A stretch of DNA of 31,882 nt, taken from contig NW_021832510.1 in NCBI RefSeq assembly GCF_006345805.1, forward strand, positions 1 to 31,882, given 5' to 3'. The first letter of the stretch is position 1. Every line of letters starts with the position of its first letter. Both the position numbers and the translations under genes were made by a program. The notes under the pieces were generated by a model that worked only from the letters and a program-made list of their open reading frames with translations, was not told the origin of the DNA and made no database searches. Below are positions 1 to 11,423 of the stretch, piece after piece. This DNA is from Octopus sinensis (taxonomy: Eukaryota).

Positions 1-576
1 TTAAATGTATTTCTCAACTAAAATTTATGTTAAGCCAAATTCGAAACAAATTTCTGTGCAAAACCCCACCATTGTATATTAAAATTATAGCTTCGTACAA
101 CGTCGCCATGTAATCTCATCTATATAACATTCTCTCGCAAAAGAATAACAAACAAAAAAGCAAAGCAACTAAAAAATCAATACAATTAACAACCTATAAA
201 AATTTCCCCATTATTACTCAGTAAATATCAGTCACCATAAATTCCATCTCACGAATGTCTTATAGTAAATAATGCTAGCAATATTAAAAGACGCTACTTA
301 ACAACGTTTTCAGCCATATTTTCATCCATCTATTGTTGGTTTTTAACAGCTAAATGGCTTACTTTCAGATATATTTCATTCGTTTCGGACAATACATTAC
401 GCTAGCTATTTAAGCTATTTATTTGTAAAATCTATATTTTTCTAGAGTGAGAGTGAGAGTGAGAGAGAGATATATATCTTGTCTTTGTCGAGATTCTAGT
501 ATTGCAAGTATTATAATTCACGAGAATATCCTCAATGAATTTATCTCTACGAAAGAGAAAAAACGAGGGGATTAAA

Positions 577-600
577 ACACACACACACACACACACACAC

Positions 601-666
<66 letters not shown>
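577..666. repeat. (CA)n microsatellite
   Basis: Near-perfect AC run of ~90 nt, read directly. Confidence 0.97.
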
Positions 667-671
<5 letters not shown>

Positions 672-810
672 AATCCAAATCATTTGAATCTGAACTAAAT
701 CTATTCTGATATACTTTTAAAGACTTACTGGACCAAATGCAGATGAATATCTAAGAATGGACGACTTAAATACGCAATTGTAAGACATGAAACATAAAGA
801 AGGCCACCCC

Positions 811-1260
811 CAATATATATATATATATATATATATGTTCTTTATTCACACACATACACACACGCACACACATATATATGTAACGCCACTTATATTATTC
901 AAAACACCTATTTTCTTTAGAAATAGAATAACATCACTTTTTGTGTGTGTGTATATGTGTAGATACGTGTATATATATGATATATATATATAATACACAT
1001 ACACATATATATATGTATATATATATATAGTATATATATATATATATATACATATATATGTGTATGTATATTATATATCAATATAATATATATATGTATA
1101 TATGTATATATATATATATATATCATATTATATATATATATTACATATATATATATATGTGTATATATATATACATATAGTGTAATTATATATACATATA
1201 TGTATATATATATATATACATATATGTGTATATACATATATACATATGTGTATATATATA
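811..1260. repeat. TA/TATG/CA compound low-complexity tract
   Basis: Degenerate dinucleotide runs; source of the YIYI-type ORFs. Confidence 0.9.
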
Positions 1261-1646
1261 TCTCTCTATATATAAACGGCAGTTTGTCTATGCGTGTTTC
1301 TGTGTGTCTGTTTGCTTGTACCCTCACCCTGACCACGGCTTTCAACCGATTCTCATGTAACTTAACACACACATAGCCCAATGTCATAATTCAAAACTAA
1401 CGCAGCCAAAATTTTGAAAAGTTCCCCCAGTTCTGAAAAAAATCGATAAATTCGACATGGGGTCGAGAATCAGAAACACGAACCACAAACTGTCTAGGGG
1501 ACGCAACTCCATCCTTTTTTAACTCTCAAAAAAAATTTACCATCATTTTTTTCATTTTTTTTGCTATTTTTGGCTATAACTCTTCTAAAAATGCTTTATA
1601 GTTATTTCCTTACAAACCTGAGCAACGCGCGGGCGATAATGGCTAG
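1261..1646 (+). mobile_element. Non-autonomous Helitron
   Basis: Starts TC(TC)TCTATATATAAA, ends CTAG (1643-1646) after a GC-rich hairpin remnant CCTGAGCAACGCGCGGG; sits between A and T with no TSD; 3' ~130 nt shared with the copy at 6584-6981. Confidence 0.8.
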
Positions 1647-1894
1647 TATACATATATACGCGTATCTACATATATATATATACATATATATATGTGTATG
1701 TATATATATATATATATATAATATATAGATTTATATATATATATATATATATTACCATCTCATATATACACCTATCTAACAGGTGTATTTAACATATATA
1801 AAATTGATATATTCTAATTCTAAAAGAAAATAGGTGTTTGAGAAAATATAGGTGGCGTTACGATAGAACATCCCACATAGCAGAAGTTTATTCT

Positions 1895-1990
1895 TCTATT
1901 CTTTTACTTGTTTAATTCATTGGACAGCGGCCATGCTGGGGCACTGCTTTGCATGTTCGAATCGATCAAATCAACACCGCAACCCACCTC
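1895..1990 (-). mobile_element. SINE family A, 3' tail fragment
   Basis: Reverse complement GCAGTGCCCCAGCATGGCCGC...AAACAAGTAAAAGA matches the tail of the copies at 3699 and 6111. Confidence 0.75.
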
Positions 1991-2153
1991 AGAAACTTCT
2001 TGTGTCTAATTCGAACTGTTAACTATGGAAATTCAAACAAGTCAACACTGGCCGTCAAACGTTGTGAAATAAGCAAAACACACACGCACACGCATCGCAC
2101 AGGCACACACAAACACAAACACACACACACACGCATATTAGCGTTTGTTTTTG

Positions 2154-2320
2154 AACCCAACTACTTATTTTCTTAAGTGTGGTGCTTATCCTATCGGTCC
2201 CTTTTACTGAACCGCTAAGTTAGGTGGACGTAAACTCACGAACACTAGTTGCCAAGCGGTAGGAGGAACAAACAATGACACAAAGACGCACTCATGCATA
2301 GAAACACACATATACGACAG
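2154..2320 (-). mobile_element. SINE family A, internal/3' half fragment
   Basis: CCTATCGGTCCCTTTTACTGAACCGCTAAGTT is the reverse complement of the AACTTAGCGGTTCGGCAAAAGAGACCGATAG segment of family A. Confidence 0.75.
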
Positions 2321-2340
2321 ATTGCTACTAATATTTATGT

Positions 2341-2723
2341 CGTGGTACACCGTCGGTTACGACGACGAGGGTTCCAGTTGATCCGATCAACGGAACAGCC
2401 TGCGCGTGAGATTAACGTGCAAGTGGCTGAGTGCTCCACAGACAAGTGTACCGTTAAAGTAGTTCTCGGGGAGATTCAGCGTGACACAGAGTGTGACAAG
2501 GTTGGCCCTTTGAAATACAGGTACAAGAGAAACAGGAAGAAAGAATGAGAGACAGTTGTGGTGAAAGAGTACAGCAGGGTTCGCCATCACCCACTGCCGG
2601 AGCCTCGTGGAGCTTTAGGTGTTTTCGCTCAATAAACACTGACAACGCCCGGTTTGGGAATCGAAACCGTGATCTTACGACTGCGAGTCCGCTGCCATAA
2701 CCACTGGGCCATTGCGCCTCCAC
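2341..2723 (-). mobile_element. tRNA-derived SINE, family B
   Basis: Minus-strand head GTGGAGGCGCAATGGCCCAGTGGTT (A box) ... GGTTTCGATTCCC (B box), followed by ~300 nt of body and tail. Confidence 0.8.
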
Positions 2724-3084
2724 ACGTCAAATTAGAATAATAATTTTACTTTAAACTGAAGGATAACTCAATAAATATGTACATATTTAATATACTTTTG
2801 CAAGAAGAGTGGTGAGCGGTAATGACTTCGAAATTTCAGACAGTCCGATGACGGTTAACAGGGCGAAACATCGAAGCCATTGTCACCACACAGATACACA
2901 CATACAGACGCACACACACACACACAGGCAAGCATACACACACTCACGCACGCATACACGCACGTACACACACAGGCACGCATATACATACGCACGCTCG
3001 CACATACACACACACGCACGCACACACACACACTCGCGCACGCATGCACCATCCATACCCAAACTGAAACATATATATCATTTC

Positions 3085-3305
3085 TCCTTTAATTGTTCAG
3101 TCAGTAGACAGCGGCCATACTGGAGCATAATCTTGAAGAAATTCTAGTCGATTGAATGAACCCAACTACTTATTTTCTTAAGTGTGGTGCTCATCCTATC
3201 GGTCCCTTTTACTGAACCGCTAAGTTAGGTGGACGTAAACTCACGAACACTGGTTGCCAAACGGTAGGAGAAACAAACAATGACACCACACATATACGAC
3301 AGATT
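3085..3305 (-). mobile_element. SINE family A, 3' half (degenerate)
   Basis: Reverse-strand tail GCTCCAGTATGGCCGC plus the GAACCGCTAAGTT segment. Confidence 0.75.
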
Positions 3306-3698
3306 GCTACTAATATTTAATCGGTAGATAATAGTGATATCTCTGTCCTGATTCGGAGAATTGGTGTTTAAATGTTCAACATTATTATCTGAGAATCTAG
3401 GAGAGAGCCGTTATATTTCAGATAGAAAAGGCTGTGGAGATACAGAGAATAGATTCTTAGATTCTTGTTGCTTGCAACAGCCAAAGTGGGACAAGGAAAG
3501 CATAGTAGATATCCAAACGGCACGGCGATAAGAACAACGAACTCTCCGAATAAATAAATAAAATTGTGAGAAGGAAAATAGGTAATACAAAGATTTTGGA
3601 AGAGTAAAATTCTCAGAACAAATCTGGCAATGGTAGCGACAATAATAGAAACACAGATCGAAGATAAGGGGTAAAATAGAAAAGAATAATATTCAACA

Positions 3699-4103
3699 GG
3701 CGTAGGAGTGGTTGTGTGGTAAGTAGCTTGTTTACCAACCACATGGTTCCGGGTTCAGTCCCACTGCGTGGCACCTTGGGCAAGTATCTTCTACTATAGC
3801 CTCAGGCCGACCAAAGCCTGTTGAGTGGATTTGGTAGACGGAAACTGAAAGAAAGCCCGTCGTTATATATGTATGTTGTGTGTGTTTGTGTGTCTGTGTT
3901 TGTCCCTCTAGCATTGCTTGACAACCGATGCTGGTGTGTTTATGTCCCCGTCACCTAGCGGTTCGGCAAAAGAGACCGATAGAATAAGTACTGGGCTTAC
4001 AAAGAATAAGTCCCTGGGTCGAGTTGCTCGATTAAAGGCGGTGCTCCAGCATGGCCGCAGTCAAATGACTGAAACAAGTAAAAGTGTAAAAGAGTAAAAG
4101 AGT
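3699..4103 (+). mobile_element. tRNA-derived SINE, family A, full length
   Basis: Head GGCGTAGGAGTGGTTGTGTGGTAAG...GGGTTCAGTCCC, CORE-like ACCTTGGGCAAGT, central microsatellite, tail GGCGGTGCTCCAGCATGGCCGCAGTCAAATGACTGAAACAAG(TAAAAGAG)n; possible 4-bp TSD AACA (3695-3698 / 4104-4107). Confidence 0.9.
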
Positions 4104-5454
4104 AACAATTATAAGAACAAAATGGAGATCCTCAAAGCACAGACATTTAGCAGGATAATAGTCAAGAAGAGAAGTCAACTAAAGAAACATTTTTAACAAG
4201 AATTTCAACAGCCACAAAGAACAAATATTCCTTATCTTTATTGTTGGTTGTAAGAGCAAGATAAACAAAAGAAGGAATTAGAGACATAAGCGAATTCTTT
4301 TTGAAGACTTTAAAAATCTCTTCTGATTTACAGGTATCGTGTTGTGTGGTACCTATAAATTAGGTGCCGTGTTGCTCAGCAGTCGAGAAAATGTAAGTCC
4401 AAGTGCATTTACGCCTAAGCGACGGCCAAAGTCATAATGTTGTAAGTCTAATGTTCTCATTCATATGAATCCGTGACCTGTATTAACCATCTGGAGTATA
4501 TTCAGTAATTTCCAATCCTTTGGATTGTCGTCGACAAGGAGGGTCTTTCTCTTTCTTTTTTCAACGATAAACTAGTAATTATAGTTTATGAATGAGTGAT
4601 GCATGTTTAATGAGTTTCTTTTTCATAACACGCTCACCCATTGCACTAACCCGGGTGCATTCAGTTTAAGCTATATAATTTACGAGTGAGTCTATTTTTA
4701 CTTGGTGTTATACCTGTTCCATATATTATGTTGAGCGTTTCCCTGCATTGTTGTATAGTTCGCTCTCTTAAATTATTTATAACCGTTATTGACTAACGCT
4801 CGTTGTATTATAAATTATTATATTGTATTTCCTCTTTTGTGAAGAAGAATCTAAAGGCTATTCTGAGTAGGAATCATATAACTGATGTATTATATATATT
4901 AGACATTCCTGTCTTCCTTCACATATAGAAATGTGTTGAGTTTTCTAGTGTATACTGTTATAAAATATGTGCCATCGAAAATCCTTATATTTACTTCTAG
5001 AAAAGTGACTGCTAACTTGTTTGCAGTTTTAGCAAACTTATATGTTGGATATAAAAGTCTTTTACTTTGCCAACTTTTCCTATGAATCTGTCAAATAAAT
5101 ATCATAAATGTCATGCAAGAAATCTAAATTATTGTTTCATATTTTAGCATTATTTTATTTTTGGCAGTTTCTGTATATAGTGTTATAAACATAACATGTA
5201 CTGAATATATATTGTCGCTTTCTGCTCTGAATGCGTAAATTGTTCTGTGGACAGCTGAAAGAACACAGACTTTATAGTATCACAACAACGGTTTCCTAAG
5301 AATGTTTATTAACGTAAATTGCTTGTTGTTGATTTTGTGTAGTCGTGGCCAGCCCTGGTCAAGCAAACCTACAGTGAACTTTTTCAACCATAATTCAGTA
5401 CATGTCTTATTGTTCAGATATGGTGCGCATAGGGCTACATTATCCCGTGTTGCA

Positions 5455-5640
5455 AAAAGCAGTGAGCTAACAGAATTGTCAGCGCGATGGACAAAATGCA
5501 TAATGGCGCATCATCCGGCTTTACGCTCTAAATTCAAATTTCGCTGAAATGAACTTTGCCTTTAATTTTTTTAGGAGTGTGGGCGATAAAGTGTGTACCA
5601 GTTAAGTACTAGAACCGATGCATTCGACTAAGCCCCTTCT
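5455..5640 (+). mobile_element. SINE family C-like, old degenerate copy
   Basis: GAGCTAACAGAATTGTCAGC...TTCAAATTTCGCTGAAATGAACTTTGCCTTT...GATAAAGTGTGTACCAGTT aligns by eye to family C copies. Confidence 0.6.
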
Positions 5641-6050
5641 GTTAAACATTACTGGTTATGTACAAAAATTTTAAACCATATTATCCAACGTGGTGTTTAA
5701 AAGAGATTTCTCTATATTCTATCATATAGAAACTGGCTTCTTTGTTCTGGGTGATTTAAATAGTGGAAATTTCCAGGCAGTTTCTAATATTACTAGAATC
5801 ATTCCCTTTACGGAGATATTAGTGACAGCGACTTTTCGAATTCAAGATACGAAAATGCTGTCTACTTTGACTGTTACTCCCAAACATCACGCAGTCAATA
5901 TATTATAATGCACGCTTCGTTGAATTCCACTTAACGGAGTTTTACTATCGTTGTATACTACTTAACAATGTTATCCAATTGTTTGCTAATTTTATGTGCT
6001 AGTGAGTTGATTTGAGAAATTATTCACACACACACATACACACACATACA

Positions 6051-6081
<31 letters not shown>

Positions 6082-6110
6082 GTATATGTATGTATGTATA
6101 TATATATTAT

Positions 6111-6285
6111 AGGTGTAGGAGTGGCTGTGTGGTAAGTACCTTGCTTACCAACCACATGGTTCCAGTTTCAGTCCCACTGCGTGGCACCGCGGGCAAGTGA
6201 CTTCCACTATAGCCTCGGGCCGACCAAAGCCTTCTGAGTGGATTTGGTAGACGAAACTGAAAGAAGCCCGTCGTATATATGTATG

Positions 6286-6316
<31 letters not shown>

Positions 6317-6544
6317 TATATATAATATATATATATACGTTTGTGTGTCTGTGTTTTGTCCCCCCAACATCGATTGACAACCGATGCTTGGTGTGTTATG
6401 TCCCCGTAACTTAGCGGTTCGGCAAAAGAGATACCGATAGAATAAGTGCTAGGCTTACAAAGAATAAGTCCTGGAGTCGATTTGCTCGACTAAAGGCGGT
6501 GCTCGAGTATGGCCACAGTCAAATGACTGAAACAAGTAAAAGAG
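6111..6544 (+). mobile_element. tRNA-derived SINE, family A, full length
   Basis: Collinear with 3699-4103 over head, body and tail. Confidence 0.9.
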
Positions 6545-6583
6545 CAATATATATATATAAATATAGTAAATATATATATATTA

Positions 6584-6981
6584 CTAGCAGTATCGCCCGG
6601 CGTTGCTCGGGTTTGTAAGGGAAATAACTATATAAGCATTTTTAGAGAGTTATAGCCAAAAAATAGCAAAAAATGCATTAAAAATGGAAAAAAAATGATG
6701 GTAAATTTTTTAAAAAATCGTTGACTCATCGTAGACATTTTTAGAGAGTTACTTCCCTTATATAATAGCGAAAAAATGCTTAAAAAAAATGGAAAAAAAA
6801 TGATGGTATTTTTTTAAAATCGTAGACTCATCGTAGACGTTCGCTAATACCCAGAAGGGCTCGATATGAATCACGACTATAAGATACCCGGTTTTGGTTA
6901 AACTGCACCGCAAAATGTTGGAGTAGTTAGGAATCTAAATCGTAGGAGACAGACACACAACTTGTCTTTTATATATAAAGA
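6584..6981 (-). mobile_element. Non-autonomous Helitron
   Basis: Minus strand starts A|TCTTTATATATAAAAG and ends CCCGAGCAACGCCGGG (hairpin) CGATACTG CTAG|T; contains an internal ~100-nt tandem duplication. Confidence 0.85.
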
Positions 6982-7525
6982 TATACTGATACTAACACAC
7001 GCATTAGACATGAATATACAACGACACACGAACACATACACTGGTATACATATACTACTCGCTTAGCGATTTGACGGAAAATTCATTGACATCCTGTCAC
7101 GAATAGTGCACACAGACACACACACACAAATAACCTGAGATTTACGTTGCTAATTGTTCTAATGTATAAAGAGATGCACTGTAAGAATATCTGAACAAAA
7201 TTTTTCATAAACATATTAAAAAATGATTAACCATCAAAATTTGGGCAAAATAACTTCAAAAATGCGTTATACATTCGTTTATTCAATTATACCTAAAACA
7301 TTTGATAGACTCGTCTATTTCCGTATTAAAAACCACGTGATATTTCCGTATGAAAAACCATGTTGGTATCATACGTGTAAAACACACTGTTATACAGAAA
7401 GTGATTACTATAAATAAAGTTCTGCCTTAAAGAACTGAGAGAATGTTTTTTTATATATCACCAACTTTCAGAGTAACACGAATATATTAGGTTGAAAGTA
7501 GATTGCATTTTTTAGTTGCCAGTTG

Positions 7526-7563
<38 letters not shown>

Positions 7564-7574
7564 GTATGTATGTA

Positions 7575-7790
7575 TATATAGTCACCTTGATAGATCGGTA
7601 GCCACTACACACACACTTTTTTCTCCCCTTGTTTCTCTCCTTGTTTTTTTTTGTGTCCCTTTCTGTAGAAGAGCGTAGGCTTGAAACGTAAAAGACTTTT
7701 TCAATTCCTCAGCGTTATACTAATACATCTGTTTCTTTGTGTACACCACCTGTCTTCGTCTTTTGTTTTTTTTTCGTGAACTCTCCCCTA
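7575..7790 (+). mobile_element. Short repeat with a hammerhead-like motif (probable PLE-terminus remnant), copy 1
   Basis: Homologous to the inverted copy at 8645-8792; contains CTTT-CTGTAGA-A-GAGC-GTAG-GCTT-GAAA-CGT-A-AAAG; flanked by microsatellites. The PLE origin is inferred. Confidence 0.55.
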
Positions 7791-8644
7791 TATATAATAT
7801 ATAATATATATATATATATATATAATCTATATGTATATATACATAAACCACACAACACACACACATATATATTATATATATTGTTATATACATATATACT
7901 ATACGTATGACTATCTATCTATTAATCCATCTAGCTGTTTGTCTATTAAAAATACAATGAAAACTATGCTACTTAAAATCAAAGTTAACCGACACAAATC
8001 AAAGAATTAGTTTGACGCCATAAACTGACGTGTAAAAATAATAGCATATTATTTTGCTTTACAAGAATTCTCGAGGAGAAAGAACACGCAACGTAACAAT
8101 TTTGAAGGAAGTTCAAATGGATTAATAAATATGAAAACAGGATTACGAATTGAACTGTCAAAACAATAATAACAGCAGCAACAATAACAGTTGTATATGC
8201 TGCACCAACAATAGGAATAATTTCCACGTTAGAAATCGTTTCTTCTAATATGTTTAGAATAGTGCTTGTGTGAGGCATAATGAAATACTTGTATAGCAGG
8301 AGATTCAGCAAGCGCAGCTTTCTCAATATGTGTGTTATTACACACACATCTACAATGTTAATGGGAGAGGTTCTACCCCGTTACTCTATCTGTTAGAAAT
8401 AGCTGCCAAATCTCCCTAAAAAGAAACCACTGTTTAATAATATGAAACCCGTTATATACACACATACACACCCTCCACACATACAGACACGCACACACAC
8501 ATACACACAGACGCGTATTTACTCTGTGTGCTCTCATCCAAAATGGAGACATGTACCAATACTTCCATGTGGCATGCTTGAATAATTGTGAAAATCTTTT
8601 CGCATAAAACCATTGGTGTCCTTGTTAACACATAGATTTAGTTG

Positions 8645-8792
8645 AAATTTATAGAGAAATAAAAGACGAGGACAGGTGTATGAACAACAAGCAAGTGTAT
8701 TAGTTTGAGGCTCGGAAAAATGAAAAGGTCTTTTACATTTCCAGCTTACGCTCATCAACAGTAAGGAATAAGAGAAAATAAACAACAAGGGA
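8645..8792 (-). mobile_element. Short repeat with a hammerhead-like motif, copy 2 (inverted, more decayed)
   Basis: AAAAGACGAGGACAGGTGT...GTCTTTTACATTTCCAGCTTACGCTCATCAACAG aligns with the reverse complement of about 7620-7775. Confidence 0.55.
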
Positions 8793-9799
8793 ATGAAAAA
8801 AAATTGTAGATTTCAGCGCTCCACATGTGTGTGTGGTGTGTATGTGTGTGCACACATGTGTGTATGTGTGTGCACACGTGTGTGTATGTGTGTACACACG
8901 TGTGTGTATGCATGTGTGTATCATGTATGCATGTATGTATTTTGCTTCAATAAGCAGCCTGTAACATTTCCCAAATTTCTCTGGCGTTTTTACCTAATTT
9001 AAAACAGAAAACTGTAATTGCATAGCCTGTTTCCAAGTCGTCTTCACGTCCCGAATGCATTCTGCAAACCTATGAAAATTTATGGCAAGCAGTGTTTAGT
9101 AGGTTGTGTTCAGAATGCTGTTACAAACGTCTATTTCAATCTGGAATCAAAGAGAAAAAAAAGAAAGAAAAAATTCGTTAGTTAGCTTAATAGACATATA
9201 GTAATGATATATTAAAATTACGATAATCCAGACAGTTATAATTGCCTCTCCTAAAAAAACGTCTATAAACTTTTGGAATGCACCTAGTATATTTATAGTA
9301 TTAAACATTGTAACAGTCGCAGTTGTAAACCAATCTTGAAATGTAAAATTATAAATTAGATGTTTAAATATCTCCTAACATTTTTATGGTACATTTAGAA
9401 CGCACTTTGAACATCAAACAGTCTGAGTGTGCAACTTTTTAAAAATAAAATCAGCTTTTTGTTTTTGTTTTTAATGTAAAAGTGATTTAGATTAGCGAAT
9501 TTACTAATGCTGTAATTTTTTCCTGTAACTATGTTTCACTTGTAGTCGAAGAGTGCAAATATTTTTTTGTTTTGCTTGCATTTAGAAGCATTAGTTTGTT
9601 TTACTTTGTTATTATTTGAAACTGTTATTTCAGTGCGAATTCATTAAACATGAAATGTAATTATTGTATAAATATATTTGTATATTTTAAATGCCATCGG
9701 AATTAAAATCTATTAACATATATACAATTTAAATGCAATCGAAATATATCTATCGCAGTATATATATATCACAGTATCGATTAGATAATTGGATGTTGT

Positions 9800-10048
9800 C
9801 ATATATCACTGGTCACAATGCGCTTCGTATCGTTTTAGCTTTTGAATGATGCTACCCCGCTGTCAAGGCGAGCGGGTAGGCCAACATTCCTCCCCCACCC
9901 CGCCACAAGGTTACTCATTGATAGATGAGTGAACTGGAACAATGTGAAATTAAGTGTCTTGCTCAAGAAAGCAACGTACCGTTCGGTCTGAGAATTGAAC
10001 CCACAATCGTGAATGCAACACCCCTAGCCACTAGACCTTGCCCATTCA
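9800..10048 (-). mobile_element. tRNA-derived CORE-like SINE, family D (degenerate)
   Basis: Reverse strand shows a tRNA-like head then TTCTTGAGCAAGACACTTAATTTCACATTGTTCCAGTTCACTCA, as in 19910-20240. Confidence 0.7.
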
Positions 10049-10649
10049 CATATTTATTAAACGTTTATACTCTTAAAATGTGAACGAAATATACATACAA
10101 AGCGATATATATTTATATTACATAGGAAAATGTGAGCAAGAGAAATAATATTCCTAAGATTATAAACCTGAGAAAGTTATTACATCTGGTAAAGTACAGA
10201 ACAAGAAACTTTTTACTTAAAATATTTCTGCTAAGGATAAAATTTCAAATAAAATATTTAGATTTAGAAAATATAAGCTTTTATTAAAATCAAAAATTTT
10301 ATTACAAGTTATTACATTTATTTGTTATTACTTGTTATTTCTATCAAAAATTAAAATAAACTCAAAATATTTTTTGCACTTTAAAATAATTGATTTTTAA
10401 AATTATTTATTAATAATTAGAAATTTGAAAATAGGTTATAAAAATAATAGTAGTACATAATTAGTACGTTAAATCGAATAATACAAAAATTAGTTCTATA
10501 TTACAGTAAAATCTACCTATAACAACAAACTCACAGTAAAGTTTGCTCGAGTTATTGCCTAAGTTATTGTCAAGTCTTCACAATTTTAGTCTTGACCCAA
10601 TGCCTATTTTTTACATAATGAATTTGCGTACCATATATACTATGCACTC

Positions 10650-11423
10650 ATAAGATCTCACATTGGCACGCTTGATGCCATCTTTGACAACGAACAAAGT
10701 AAAGATGGCAAGGATGGAGGCGCGGGTGCTGATGAAGATGTCACCCCCCCCCACTTGGTAGAACAACAGGACAACAACAAAGAAGATTCAAGTGAGAAAC
10801 CTGCCCGGAAGTAAACCCAAGTGCAAGTGCTCCTACCAGCACCAAAAGCTAAAACCATGGAGATGAAAGAGCCAAAAAAAAATAAAAGGAGAAAAACTAA
10901 AAGAAAAACAAAAGATGAAACAGCCAAAGAAGGAAAAACTAAACTCAAACAAAACAAAAGATGAAACAGCCAAGGATAGAAGCAAACCTGACTATCCATG
11001 TACCAAAAAGGATAGAAACAGACAGCGCGCACGAATGAGTAAATTCTACCTGAAAGGTGTCTGCTGGCATGGAGAGGAAGGTGCAGCTGCCGTTTTTGCA
11101 CATCAAAGACCCTGCACATAAACATGAAACAGGTCAGAAACCACTACCAAAAGGAAAAGGGATGGACCACGCACCACCTGCCCAAAACGGAGGTACGCAG
11201 ATGTGTGCGTGCTACAAACCGCCAACATGTTATTGAAAGGGCAGCTGCTGAACAAGAATTTTTTTTGTGCATGGCACAAAAGATTGTACAGCAGCTAACC
11301 TGGCTCCATCAAACTCAACTCGCAGATGGGACTATCCACAATACACAAACCACCACAGCAAATAGACCCAAGGTGACAACCGCCGGCAACAGCATCATAC
11401 CATCACCTCGATGCTCCTACTGA
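10650..11423 (+). pseudogene. LINE ORF1 remnant (Lys/Glu-rich region plus degenerate CCCH-like zinc finger)
   Basis: KFYLKGVCWHGEEGAAAVFAHQRPC resembles C-x8-C-x-C-x3-H fingers with two Cys lost; frame ends at TGA 11421-11423, overlapping the ORF2 ATG at 11411. Confidence 0.55.

Noticed and set aside
3310-4560. Hydrophobic minus-strand ORF (3368-3742) that stays in frame when the SINE is removed; looked like a membrane receptor
   Set aside because: The strand is T-rich, which lowers stop density and inflates F/L/I; three stops lie upstream in frame, the annotated start is inside the SINE, and no family motif was recognised. Origin unresolved.
4832-4875. GTGAAGA-AGAAT...ATTCT-GAGT hammerhead-like trace
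   Set aside because: C3 and GAAA are both altered and there is no stem III.
5690-5935. Two overlapping open frames with possible acceptors
   Set aside because: Competing frames, no recognisable domain, consistent with chance.
7985-8347. 120-aa minus-strand ORF with a hydrophobic stretch
   Set aside because: The hydrophobic run comes from the complement of an AAC/AAT/AGC-rich tract; no supporting splice or homology evidence.
9264-9292. Lone mariner-like TIR (AAACTTTTGGAATGCACCTAGTA)
   Set aside because: No partner TIR or transposase sequence nearby.
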